A stretch of DNA of 64,000 nt, taken from positions 186,001-250,000 of the forward strand of contig BDGG01000007.1 in the NCBI GenBank assembly GCA_001949185.1, read 5' to 3'. Source of the stretch: Ramazzottius varieornatus. Taxonomy: Eukaryota > Animalia > Tardigrada. The position numbers and the translations under genes are program-made. Under the pieces are notes generated by a model. The model did not search any database. It saw nothing but the letters and a program-made list of their open reading frames with translations, and was not told the DNA's origin. The first letter of the stretch is position 1. Every line of letters begins with the position of its first letter. This document shows positions 35,571 through 48,124 of the stretch, piece by piece.

Positions 35571-36287
35571 TATGGGCAGCCGGTGCGGCAAAAATGAGGT
35601 TGGTAGTCTTCGAGCCTGTTCAGACCTTGCTTATTTTTGGACTGGAGAATTTTATTAATATCACATCGATAAAATTTGCCAGTCTGGAAATAAGCGGGCT
35701 CTGAACAGGGTCGCAGAAAGGCTCCCATACGGAATTTCACTAGTCCATGACTAGTAAAATCCACCAGTCTCAAGAAAGGTTAGGCTCTAAACAGGCTTGA
35801 CAAGCAGCTCCGTAATTCTGACCAAATTAAAAAACTGCATGTCGAGCCGGTTCATAATTCTACACAAATGTATGACTTGCAGGTGCGTCTCTCGCATCTG
35901 CGCTCGAACGGCTGATAAACTAAAGGTGCGCACCCTGACGACATGCACCTGCATACCGCCGTGCGACGCGCACCTGCAAGTCATACACTTGGGTAAAAGT
36001 GTAAACAGGTTCGACATGTAGTTTTGTTAATATGGTCAAAACTACGGAACTCCTTGTCGAGCCTGTTTAGAGCCTAACCTTTTCTTAAGACTGGTGGATT
36101 TTACTAGTCATGGACTAGTGAAATTCCGTATGGGAGCCTGTCTGCGACCCTGTTCAGAGCCTGCTTATTTCCAGACTGGCAAATTTTATCGATGTCACAT
36201 TGATAAAACTCCCCAGTCTGAAAATAAGCAAGGTCTGAACAGGCTCGAAGACTACCAACCTCATTTTTGCCGTTCCGGCCGCCCATA
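35571..36287. mobile_element. ~715-bp foldback element
   Basis: The arms (~35571-35890 and ~35970-36287) are near-complete reverse complements, each with internal sub-repeats. Confidence 0.85.
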
Positions 36288-37441
36288 ATGGAACATGACT
36301 ACAGTCTGCGTTTCTGAAACATCTCACTGTCGGCGGTCAGTTTGTCGTGCTTCGGCACATCTGTCCCATGTACAGTTATACTGTGGTTGAGGCCGCTGGT
36401 CACAGTCTTCAGACAATGGACTAGTGTTTCGTTAAGGTAAAAACTCCCCAGACGGAAGGAATCAAACGGAAGTTTGAATATTTGAAAATACCACCACTTT
36501 AGGAGCGTTCTAGCCCCTCGGTCCCCAGAGAGCAACTCCCGTGGAGAGATGAATCGGAGACAAGTTGGCACGCAGGCGAGCACAAACGCTTCAAAAGCAT
36601 GTGTGCTCGCCTGCAAGCTGCAACTTACACTGCCGAACTCGACAAACCACCTCTAGAGTGTTTCGCAGCAAAACGATCCTTAATCTTGCTTGTGGTGGTG
36701 GTGGTGGTGTACCCCCTAATTATTCCTTATCCATTCACAGACCCTGTCTGTAGATGCTAGTTTTTCATAGCTCTCGTTCGCGTGTGTCTGTATGGCTATT
36801 TTGCACAATGTCAGCAAGAAACTGTCGGGAGTTATGGTTCGCAATTTATTTATAACAGATGCCTCTGTAAGACGTTAACCAGCTTCACGAGATCCGTACG
36901 AGGCGGCGCAACAAACGACAAAAATTCTGTGCACCTCGTAGAGAAAAGATGAGAGTGAAACAAACGGCAGAAGTACTTCGCTGCGTCAGCTTAATTCCGG
37001 GACAGCACTCCAGTAATCCGTTTACATTGTTGGCGAACATTACCGTTTCCTTTTCCCCGGGAATGTATTGCCGGCTACCCAAACGTCATACTGTCGTACA
37101 CGCAGTTCGCGAAGGCATCTGTACTGTATACCTCTCTTCCTGTTGGTCAAAACTACCGCAGGTGCCGTTTGAGTTGTTCGGTGACCTCACATATTCCGTT
37201 TCCTCGAAGTACTAAAACATAATCGGGGGAACGGCTATCGATTGTTGAGAGTCTAGCATGTGCCCACACCATCGTCTAAAACTAACAAGACCATGTACTC
37301 GGGTTTCATCTCCCTGAAGGTTTCTAGTCTTGCAGTAGTTTGTTTCGTTGCAGCTTTCCGCTTAAGAAACCGCTCTTTCACTTGGACGGTTTAATTTACC
37401 ACATTTTTTGTTGATATCGTTCCATCAGACTTGTGTTTGAG

Positions 37442-38765
37442 ATGCAGAACAAGCCAAAATCGGAAAGCATGCTGCCAACGGGCTACTACCATTACTTGTG
37501 GCTTTGCGGATTATATCATCCGGATACCACCCTACAAGCAACACCCAGGCGGTCTTGCTTTCGAATCACCTATTATCACTTGGCGGCAAAGCTGACCATC
37601 TTACTGATGCTCTTAGAAACTGATCAACTATATTGGTTTCTTCTTAAAAGACATCGGCACCCTGGACTTTTTCGTCCTGGTAAGATTGATAAACAACGCT
37701 TCGGATCCTGATCGCTCCACTCGTGATAGTGATACTTTATCAGTCCCGTACAGACGTAGCACAATTACTCTACGAATTCGACCGAGTTTGTACGACCATA
37801 TTGGGAATGGAGAGTACACTTCAAACTCGCAAACGGATGTCCGTCTTCGCGGCAGTATGGATTTCAGCCTGGCTTGCGGTCTTCTGGCTTGGTCTTTCTA
37901 CTCGCGGCTGGAGTGTCATTAGTGTGATTGGCGGTCTGGAAACCCGGTGCAGGTACTGGGCTTTCCGGCGCCGTTATACGTCTCGATGGTTTTCACAAAT
38001 TCAGCCTATGCGGTTTCGATCAACGTGGACGTAGCTTCCCAGCTGATGTATATATTTCCGATTTTCGCTTTGGCGCCATTTTTTTTACTTGCCACATTTA
38101 ATACTGTGTTAGCGTAGTTTTTTTCAATCAACAAAATTTAAACTAATGAAGTACCATTCTTCTTCAAATCTTTGGCGCTTGCATTTGCCAGAGTACACAG
38201 AAACATTTTATCAACCCTTCAAAACGATGCCGATACCGAGTACGTGTCTGCACTGTTGGTAAAAGAAACGAAAAAACTCTATCGACTGCAAGTTCAACCA
38301 ACGTCCTGAATGACACGTTTGGGTTCATTATCTTGGTCAACTGTGTCCGCGATATGATCACGGCTGTGGCAGTCGTTGCGTTACTACTCAGTGTCCCTAC
38401 AAAACAAGACGTGGATGAAACTAGTTTAGCTTATACCGAGAGACTTGCAAAACAAGTGCGATCTTACGGCGACTGGATCAACATCTTCATAACACTGGCG
38501 ACCGCGGCCCTTAGAACTAGTGTTTGTCTTCACTGCAGTTCTCAGGTGATAGCGGTGAAAGCTCAACTTTCGGATTTGATCGATGTATCATTGTAATTTT
38601 TTGCAGGTGAGGAAAATTTACCGATGTCTCCAGAGACATCGAGGGGAGTGCGAGCTACTTGGAGATGAGGCTATGTGTACACAGATCCTCGCCGAACTAG
38701 ATACATCATTGGGATCAATTTCAGCTTCTGGGGTCTTCTTCATCAACCTACACTACGTAGCTAAG
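37442..38765 (+). pseudogene. Gustatory-receptor-like (7TM chemoreceptor) pseudogene
   Basis: LWLCGLY near the N-terminus, hydrophobic segments, LNDTFGFIIL, and C-terminal SISASGVFFINL followed by a phase-0 donor, as in GR genes. Several stops and frameshifts; the last exon was not found. Confidence 0.65.
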
Positions 38766-38772
38766 GTCAGTA

Positions 38773-38942
38773 CACGCACGAGGGCATGTTATGAGACAGT
38801 AGAAATCATGGGACATGCGGAAAGGACGGCAAACTGGAAATTCGACCGCAGAAAAGTGTGTTACTGTGGATCGGTCGCGTACGTACGTGCTTCCGCACCA
38901 CCGTAGCGAGAATACCTGTCCCATAATTTCCTATCGTACGTG
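38773..38942. mobile_element. TA-flanked MITE family copy 1
   Basis: TA|CACGCACGA...TCGTACGTG|TA. Related to 47946-48124 (opposite orientation) and the partial copy 41043-41183. Confidence 0.8.
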
Positions 38943-39855
38943 TACACGCGCTTCGAGCAGTTGTGGGCCAGTATAATTGGCCAAGCAGAAAGGGCGGTAA
39001 AATGTAAATTGAACCGTGGGAAGGTGTCGAATAGTCCGTACGCAGACAGGCCATAAAAATATGAATCAACTTCAAACGTCATAACTGAATGAGAAATGAT
39101 CGATTGTCTATCGCAGGTTGGGTTCAAAAAGGTGCGAAATTCCATAGGCAGTAATCAACACGAGAGTTTTTGATACAAAATCTCTTTCCCCAATTAGTTT
39201 TGGCCAAAAAACCGGTTTTTCAAAAGTACAGTTAACCGTAGATGTTGTCCAGAAAAAATACTTTTTTAGGTTTTTCTAGGTGTTGATTTCTTTTTGAGAA
39301 ATATCAAGCTTATCTTCTGTGGCAACGTTGGGTGGTATATGCTCGCCTGACTTTTCATCGAATTTCAAAGTAGAAAAAGTGGTTTGTGGGAAATCGAGTT
39401 TGAAATGAGGACAGGCCAATATCCGGCTTTCTCTCTGGCCAGTCTTCCAGTGGTCACTCGTGGCTGACCACGATGAAAAGGCTGTGACGCAGGCACTCTC
39501 GCAGTGCGACTCGACTCGCAGAAATTACACGACTGTTATCAAGGTGAACAATCAGGAAAAACCCGATAACAAACAAACAGCTTTGCAGTACATCAAGATG
39601 AGAGTCGAATAAACATGAAACTCCAGTGTTAGGCAACATGTCGCCTGCTCCAAGCGTTTTCCTAGAAAAAAACCCGTTCATTATTGATGCAAATCATTCT
39701 GCATATTTTCTTTCTGAATTTCGCACTCATTCGTTTTTAGGAATTACACAGCATCCCAATGACACATTTTTACGTACATCCCGTCAAACTTGCCTACCTT
39801 ATAGACCACTCGCGTAATGGATGAAAGATCGAAAGTTTCCAGAAACTCACCATTA

Positions 39856-40114
39856 CTTTCGTCATTCTTCAAGTCGTGTTTTTATCGCAGCTTTTAGTAA
39901 GCGATAGTTGGCTAATAACTACATCTGGGTACTAATGGTTCCAGAAACTCACCAATATCGTCGACTGGAACCGACTTCGGCTGCTCTTCCGGTGGCATGA
40001 TCAAGGCGAGTACCCAGATGTATAAATCTCCGGAATGTTATCCGGACAAAGTTATTAGCCAACTATCGCTTACTAAAAACTGCGATAAAAACACGACTTG
40101 AAGAATGACGAAAG
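39856..40114. mobile_element. TA-flanked MITE with ~65-bp TIRs
   Basis: ctttcgtcattcttcaagtcgtgtttttatcgcag..ttggctaataact and its reverse complement at 40050-40114. Confidence 0.85.
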
Positions 40115-40410
40115 TATTTGTTCACAGTACAAAATGTTCTTTCCATGCATTTCATTTGGTGTCACGCCATCACTTGTGCCAACGCGCTGCAGTATTTTAG
40201 GCTCATTAGCTGTCTCTGATTCAAGAAACAGCCAGTCGGCGTGTTGTTAGCATGCTCGGTGATGTCATGGCTCCATTTCATAGATCCTTGTTATATCCGC
40301 CATCTGCAGATATCTTTACTGGAAAAACAATATTCTGTTCTCAAAAAGCGAGAAGATAGCGAATCAGAAAACAAACAACTACACGTGTACAGGGTTTCCC
40401 TTCTTCACAT

Positions 40411-41042
40411 CTAAAACGTACAACAACCCATCACAGGACCCTTGGTGTCCTTTACAGTGAAAAGAACAGAATAAGAATTATCACGCTGAATATCTATCGA
40501 CACTCTCTGTTCAAAGAAGGAAGAGGCTCTAGATTCCCCCGTCACCTCTGCCATCTTTCGTCCGACCGACTCAAACAGCTCCGTTGCGCAGGGTCCCCAT
40601 GGTCCGAGGGTCTCCAGACCACCAGGGAAGAACAACAACTGACTTCCGATGTCCGTGATCTTTTTCTCTTCGGCGGCATCGGCGGCGGATCCGGATTCAA
40701 CCGTTGACATGGCGAAGTTGGTCAGGGCCATGGTATTGACAACTGTGATATCCCACACGAGCTCCTTATTATTCTTCCAAGGAACTTGCGTCATGCCGTC
40801 TGACGTCTCTTGTCGTTCCTAAAGATCCCTGGAGGTTTGAGGATACAGGGATCTGGGCTGAAGTCAGTGCGCCTTTGAGCGACTCACTTAGCGCGCTGTG
40901 TCGGCTGTGACGACCGCCATTAAAGTTGCAACTCAAACCATGTTGACGATACTCGTCCACATACTGGCACCGCAGCGGCAGATGTAAGGACGACACAGCT
41001 TGACGCCTAAACGGAGGCCAACGCTGACATGGAGGGCGTTGT
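40411..41042 (-). mobile_element. Non-LTR retrotransposon 3' fragment (CRE-like, restriction-like endonuclease)
   Basis: GLRLG..CRC..D..HGLSC..GRHSRH (CCHC knuckle), DGMT..PW..LVWDITVV, AEEKK, FFP..LETLGPWG, QRVSIDIQR.N. Frameshifted. Confidence 0.85.
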
Positions 41043-41463
41043 TGCTACGGCGGTACGGGAAAACGTACGCAGGTACGCGACTGATTCAAACAAACTTACT
41101 TTTCGACGGTTTTCTACGTTTGAATTTCTAATTTGCCGTCTGGCCCATGAGTTTTACCGGCCCATAATTTCTCGACGTGCCTGTACGAGATAAACGACGC
41201 GATTTGGTCATAGCAGTGTGTACCTTATGATGTGGTCCATTTTTTAAATTTTTCAATCATTACAATAAATTGCGCTCTTTATTTTTCCCAATATAGAACA
41301 TAAATTCTACGAATGTTTCAAGATGCTTGGACCCAAGAAAGAAAGACCAGACCAAGAAAAAATGCTGAACGACGAGCGAACGGAGTAGGAACGACTCTGT
41401 GAGCTGTTTTCCCCAGGTCGTTTCAAGATCCGGGTGCGCATCCGTTCGGGCGTCACTGGTTGC

Positions 41464-41824
41464 CATTGCGGTCATAAACGTGAAGACATGGCAAATCAAT
41501 CAAAACGAAGACAGAGTTCGGGTTGGGATTGCAAACAAGAGATTTGAACTTTATTGGAAAGCACTCTCTGAAATCTAGATCACCACGTCACTCACCCCGT
41601 AGCCTCAACCCATCCCAAACTCTATTACAGAACACAATGACAGAGGAAGGTAAGGCACAAAATATCACAGAACGACTTGCGGTATCACAAAGGATCACCT
41701 GTTACGCCTGAAACAGCTGACTGAACCGGAAACGTTGATCAACGCCACGATTGCCGTGACGTCACGTCACACAGTCAGTTTTGATTGTTTGATTTGCTAT
41801 GTTCTCACGTTCGTGACCGCAATG
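41464..41824. repeat. Inverted-repeat (MITE-like) element
   Basis: cattgcggtcataaacgtga..catggcaaatcaa pairs with ttgatttgctatg..tcacgttcgtgaccgcaatg. Confidence 0.55.
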
Positions 41825-43172
41825 TTACTTAAAAAAACAGGCTCATTTTGCGGTTGTGCTTTCCCGCCGCTGGAAAGGTTAAGAGCGTAAAGCCCAAACG
41901 ACCAGAATGTGGCGGAAACAACAAATTATCAACTCAAGGGATCTGCAGTCAAAGTTCTTTGCGAGAATTCTCATATTGGTTCTAGCACCACTTTGTACCG
42001 AACGGTTGATCAACTACCAATGGAACAAACCATAAAACCAAACTAACCAGTATGTTCTTGAATAAGAAAGTGGGTGTCACTATTGTCACTGCCTCGGACC
42101 GCCTAAAGATCTGTTGGCACCGCCTTTGGCTAATATTAATTTGATTGATTCGAAACAGCATTCTCGAAAACTGTATAAACTACAGTCAGCACCTCGAAAA
42201 GATATCTTAGAAGTTCAGAAAATGGTTAAACGGAACTCCACAAGCCCAAAACCGGCCTGTGTCCACACATGGTTACAATCGGTACGAGTCTTCTCCCTCA
42301 GCCGGCAAACATGATGCAGTGCCTCAGTAACAAATTGCGATGCAGGATGGTGAAAGCTCCTCAAGCCGCTATCGTGAACGCCTTGGAACTGAAGCCAGGG
42401 CGGCTCTTGAAACATTGGGGCAGAGCGATACGATGTTGATGTTAACTTACTCCACTCCCTCCTGTTTCGCCCAAGTGGATCTAGAGCTGCTTGGTGTTAA
42501 CCAGTAAGGGCTGACGATCTGCTCATGTTATTATGGCGGGGTTCCCAGAAACCAGTCACCCGAAAACACCATGTTCTACGATGACTAGGAGATCTCTGAT
42601 GGTTTCTCACCCTTCACGGGAAACAAGAAATTCCTTTCATGCCCCTGCGCAATAGACAGAAGAGCTTCGACGGTCTAACCAACGAAAAGCGTGCTATGAT
42701 TTTTTCTCTCTCGGTAAAGTTGAAAAACGAAACAGAAGATGATGGCTAAAGACCTCAGGCGGTTGGAGGCGGTGGCAATAGCGACTAGATGGTTTAGGCG
42801 GTGACTATAGCCATTTCCTCAGAAAATAGCGAGTGGTCCTATGTCCCTTAGTTTATTGAAAACTAAGTACAGTATTATCCTGGTGCCGAAACAAAAGGAG
42901 AGGACAAGTACGTACCAGGTGTTGGAAATGTAGTGTAGTATTATGGTAGAAAGCCAGCCTCCTGATAAGGTATCTGCCGACGATAATTTCCAGGCATGCT
43001 GAGCATTTACGCAACGTGTTCAGCAGACCAACTGTCCTGCTTGCACTCGTGCATCTGATCCACAAACGATCACATCGCTACTTGTACCACTGGTTCAACT
43101 TTGCGTTCGTTTAATCGTTAGGATTAATTTCAGTTTCGGCCGTAACGTGGCAGTGTTTTATTCAGTCTCAGG

Positions 43173-43179
43173 TATAAAT
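43173..43179 (+). promoter_or_regulatory. Candidate TATA box of the kinase-GH19 gene
   Basis: TATAAAT ~165 bp upstream of ATG 43340, enclosed by the short inverted repeat attcagtctcag / ctgagactgaat. Confidence 0.4.
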
Positions 43180-43339
43180 TCCCCGTTCTTTCAATCAATC
43201 AAGTACAGCTGGTGTACTGAGACTGAATAGTTTAAACTAGCTTTTGTAGCTCAGTTTTTATATCGGTGGTTGATATTAGTCTTCAGTTGACTTGTGTTGC
43301 TTGTTTAATTGTTAAGTGCGTAAACTGTGCCCAGACTGA

Positions 43340-45575
43340 ATGCAGCGCATTGATCTGTTAGACTGTAGCATGTTTGGACCGGGAGGCGTAGCCCTTGGAA
43401 GGTTCGAGTTTCAAAAAGTACTACGAGCCGGAACCTTTGGAACCGTCATACTTTACAAGCATCCGGCGGTAGGTCGCAGATTACTCCTTGTAACTGTCTT
43501 TTGTTGTCTTATGTACTACGTACCTTCAGAGGTTTTCCTGTCCCATTGGCCATGGTACATGAGCTACAGTCGGCAGGTTGCGTTTCGTCGAATGTGACTT
43601 CTGGCTGATAGCTACGTCATCCCAGCCGACTGTGTGGTGTATGGTTGATGAGTGGCACTGCCACATTACTACATTGGTTCACCGATCAGCTGATCGTGAC
43701 GTAACGAACCGAGCGCGTAGGACCGTAACCTGCCCACTGTAGCTCGTGTGCCATGGCCTATGAGTCAGGAAAACCTCTGTGTACCGTCTTTCGAGTTCAT
43801 TTGCCTGAAATACCCTTGACGAATGCAGACCCAGGAGCTAGTCGCCGTCAAAGAGGTGAGGATTCCGGACAACGACGAAGGAGCTTACTACTCAACAGTG
43901 CAGCGGGAACTTGCGGTTCTGAGGGTACGATGGTTAGATATCACGAACTGGCAGCTCGTCACTGCATGACCTTGTTGGGTTGCAGAGATTAGCGGGAAAT
44001 GAAAATATTGTGAAAATCTTAGAATACCATGAGGTACAGTGAGCAGTACATGCCAAATTTTTGTACTTGATTTCGATGAGTTTGTCACATGAACTCGTCA
44101 TCTTACTCTTGCCAGATTATCGCGGAGGACAAAGTGCGCATAGTTATGGAGTACTGTAACGGTGGAGACTACGATCGTTACCTGAATTGTAAGAGGCTGT
44201 TACGTGAGACGGTTTTCAGGACTCATACGAGGTCTCAAATTCCCGTAAGTCCTCAGCAATGACTTAGACGATCTGACAAGACTTTGTATTCTAGTGCACA
44301 CAACTGTCCCAGAAATAACACTGCAGTACTTCGTAAGACAGCTGGCTCTCGGTCTTCAGTGCCTCAACGACAAAGGAATATTGCACAGGGATCTGAAACC
44401 AGCAAATATACTTCTTCACACTCGTAACGGGGAGGCTTTGACTCGCGGAACCGATCACCGGAACATTGTGCTAAAACTGGGTGACTTTGGACTTTCTAAA
44501 AAGATGATGACCGACCGTTGGACCAACACAACGTGCGGCACATTAATGTACATCGCTCCGGAAGTGCTAGATAACAGGAAAATCAGAGACGTGACCACGT
44601 TACCGCATAAAGGAAAGGCCGACTTGTGGAGCCTGGGAGTTGTGCTTTTAGTAAGCCTGCTGGGGAAGACAGAACCTGTCCACACAACTCCATCCATTAT
44701 TCTCCAAGTGGCAGATCATGAGAAAATGCACGGGCAGATACAGTCACGAGCGGCGTCTCTAAGTCCAAGTCAAGGTTCGGTAAACTTGAAGAGTTTACTG
44801 TGTGGTTTACTGCAGCCCGACTTCACACAACGCATTGGATTCTCTCAGTTTCGACAGCATCCTTTTCTCACACTGCGTGAAGGTGCGTCGACATTGGCTG
44901 CTGTTGGCCACAGCCATATTTTTGCATTTATATGCTTCGGCTAGTTTAACCAAGGAGCTTCACCGAAATTCGGTAAGTGATGTGCGACTGGTTTTCTTTC
45001 TCTTAGAGTCGACGATTGTCAGTCTGAATGCGATCCGAGAAGCTTTTGTCAACAATGGATATAGCGCACCTTCCGATTACCACTGCATGATGATACAGCA
45101 GCAGGCGACAGACCTGGGCGGTATATCAACAAAGCGGGAATTGGCTATGTTCCTTGCTCATGTCATGCAGGAATCCGGTGGGTTAATGTTTCGCGACGAG
45201 CAACGGGAACAATCACATGGAGCCGACCCTTTTACTGGCAGAGGTTACTTGCAAATTAGAAGCGAGCGTATATATCGGGAAGCTACAGTTGCCCTTCTCG
45301 CAAACGGAAGTCTGAAAGAACCGGCTTCTCTGGTCACCGATCCGCACTTGGTCAGCAGCTCCGAAGAATTAAGTTGGAAGACGGCTTTCTGGTACTGGAA
45401 AATGTATGTTCATGACAGGATGACAGAGAATCCAAGTTTCCTGCAGACTGTGGACCTGTTGTACCCAGGCATTCCAAGATTTGTTCCGGGATCCTCGTGG
45501 AAGTGTGTCGACCCAGATAACAGGACGGAAAAGTATCAAATCACTTGTGCAGCTTTTGGTTTCGATCCGACGTAA
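43340..45575 (+). CDS. ULK/Atg1-like Ser/Thr kinase fused to a GH19 chitinase/lysozyme-fold domain, 500 aa (exons 43340-43468, 43829-43924, 43986-44033, 44116-44188, 44295-44882, 45007-45575)
   Basis: Kinase: RAGTFGTV, VAVKE, QRELAVL, VMEYCNGGD, HRDLKPANILL, LKLGDFG, CGTLMYIAPE, ADLWSLG. GH19: KRELAMFLAHVMQESGGL..DE, GRGYLQI, LVTDPHLV, SWKTAFWYWK. All five introns are GT-AG and in phase. Confidence 0.8.
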
Positions 45576-46159
45576 AGTTGATGCAGAACACCGCAGCTAT
45601 CAAAAGAACAAACCCATTTCAAGAGAAAACTTATTGGATCAACCAAAAATCAGAGCGAGAAAACTTGACGAACTTGACCGTCCGGTAGCGAAACTTCCAT
45701 GTATATGGATACCTAGCTTGATCTACGGCCCGTCAAAATGGTGGTTTTACTGTATTGAGCGCATTACTGCTGTTGGTTGATTGTTGTTCGGCATTGTCAA
45801 TTATACGATTACCGCATTGGAACAGCTCAGATTGTTCGTGAGATCAGTTTTTCGCCACTGAAAGAAACCGAAGCGACACACTCTAACGAGAAGCAGGGGT
45901 CACCATTCTAAGTGCATACGGCACTAGACCAGTGTCTACGGAAATTAACCTCCGAAAAATAGGCAGAGCCAGGCTAGTCAGAGATTATTTACATCTCCGC
46001 CACTGACGACAATTGTTCGCCAAACTTACGGACTTGCCTTGGCAGCTTCCATCTGACTCGGTATAACGCTCATTTCTGGAGGGTGACTTCCGAGTACTTC
46101 TTATGGACTGTTTTGGCTGGCAGGTCTCCACGAAGTTATCCCACCATCTTTTTCAACCC

Positions 46160-46279
46160 GAGTTACTTTAAACTCCCGATCATTTCGGACAGTTAATCAA
46201 CCAGAGCATTACTTGATTGACAATCAATCGAGGACATTTTTGATTGCTGTCCGAAATGATCGGGACTTTAAAGTAACTA
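46160..46279. mobile_element. Short MITE-like inverted repeat
   Basis: agttactttaaactcccgatcatttcggacag pairs with ctgtccgaaatgatcgggactttaaagtaact. Confidence 0.7.
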
Positions 46280-46572
46280 CGCATGTACGCGCCGATTAGA
46301 AAAGTGAGCAGGATGTCGATCTATGACACAGTCATAACAGACCGGATCACTGAACTTTAGGTAAGCCCGCCAAATAAACTTTTATTGCAGTACTCATAAA
46401 TGTTGACAAGAAAAGCGTGCGCACTTGTTATGAAAACACTAGCTAACACACAACAACCATTTCATGATTTGATTGCGTTAATATAAGAGCTCGCTGGATG
46501 ATTCCTCAGTGTGCATAGGGTCGTGAGAACGGTACAGTGTCAAGCAATTTACGCGACAAGAAAGTTCTCATC

Positions 46573-47720
46573 ATGAGTTTCAGTCTATCGAAATTAACCA
46601 ATCAGACATTCGTGTCCACGAATTATAGCAGTATAGTCCCAGGGAAGTTGAACATTACCCATATTTCAGGCCTTACACCACCTGGCTGGAGCTTCGATAC
46701 CCGCCTAAAACCTTTTACCATCAGCGTCGGCGCTGTGACGAACGTATGGCTTTTGTGGCTGTACTGCAGACGTTCAAGCATGCAAACACCGTTTGGTATG
46801 TATCTCATCAGTCTTATTCTGACCAACACCTTGACGGCGTGCGTATGGCAGCCAGTCCTCTGCGCGCATCAACTTTCATCATCATGGACCTTCGGCTACC
46901 ATGCGTGCGCATTTCGACAGTACCTTGGATGGACACTCAACGCAACTTTGAACGTGTCACATTGCTTGATAGCCTTGAACCGCTTCTGGGCGGTCTCGTT
47001 TCCCTTAACGTACCGAAGTACCCATAACACCAAAGTAGCTTGTATCACGTGTGCCCTATCTTGGCTTGCAGTCAACATCTGCACTATCCCGATTGTTGTG
47101 GTAAACGCTCGTCTCACGCGACCTAATGCAAACGGAATACGCCGGTGTACATTGGCAACTGACCCTATCGGGATATCCGGAGCCATTACGCAGATACTCC
47201 TGTACGACCTACCGATCATCTTAATTATCCTACTGTATCCCGTCATATTCTACAAGTCGTTCGTGGGGACAAAACAGAATGAACGTGTGCGAGCTAGCAA
47301 CAGCAACTTTCAGTGTCGTACCGATCGAGCGATCAATGAAAGCACTGTTGGTAATTCTTCGATCACGAAGGGTAGTCGGGTAGGTAGGAAACATCCCGGA
47401 AACCCTTGCTGTAGACGACCGCAGCACGGCAGCACATTGGGCTTCGTAACGCTGAGCTTGACAACCTTGAGCGCGCTGGTATGTTTGGCGCCGAATGAGA
47501 TCTTTTTCACTTTACTGTTGGTGTTTGGTGTCAACCCAACTGACACCAAACACCAACAGTGGTGTGAGGATGTTGCAGCAGTTGGCGGTTGTCTTTGATC
47601 CAATACTCATTGTGCTGGCCAATCTGGAACTGAGAAAGCTGGTTAAGGAAGCTTTTCTTCAACCCAGTATTATCCTGCGGTTTTTCGCCTCCTGTTTAAA
47701 ACCGGTAATCCAACTCGTCA
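46573..47720 (+). pseudogene. Class A GPCR paralog with a frameshift before TM7
   Basis: WTFGYHAC, IALNRFWAV..PLTY, FYKSFV, GFVTLSL. TM7 (LQQLAVVFDPILIVLANLELRK) is in another frame after ~47560. Confidence 0.8.
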
Positions 47721-47945
47721 TTCTTATTCATAGTTGTTTATCTTCCGTAATCTGCACAAACGATTCCCAGAGCTGTGGTCTCATTCTCGGCATGTATTAC
47801 AGGTTCACTTCAGTAGTGAACACTGCGTGTCCATACGGAGATGGTTTCCGAAGACTGCAGGCACGAACCCCTCCATTCGGCACCGGTGATTCCAAATCAT
47901 GCTATTTCACCTTTTTCACATTCTTCGATAATTTTATTACCTGTA

Positions 47946-48124
47946 CACGCCCGATGGGAAATTATGAAACAGGCCTTTTCGCTACGGCGGTACGAAAGCC
48001 CGTAAAAACGCGACCGATTCATAGTAATACTCTTTTCGACACTTTCTACGGTCGAATTTCCATTTTGCCGTCCTTTCCGCCTGTCCCATAATTTTTACTA
48101 TCCCATAAGTTCCCATCGTGCGTG
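47946..48124. mobile_element. TA-flanked MITE family copy 2
   Basis: TA|CACGCCCGA...TCGTGCGTG|TA; homologous to 38773-38942. Confidence 0.8.

Noticed and set aside
30400-37400. Numerous 60-150 aa ORFs in the intergenic/MITE region, and antisense ORFs over real genes elsewhere
   Set aside because: No motifs or splice support; they overlap inverted repeats or shadow coding exons.
43176-43185. NF-kB-like site (GGGGAATTT on the minus strand) next to the kinase-GH19 TATA box
   Set aside because: A single partial match is expected by chance, and there is no evidence for the factor.
24635-45575. Lectins, glycosyltransferase and kinase-GH19 as a functional glycan gene cluster
   Set aside because: They are separated by >15 kb of unrelated sequence and there is no evidence of co-regulation.
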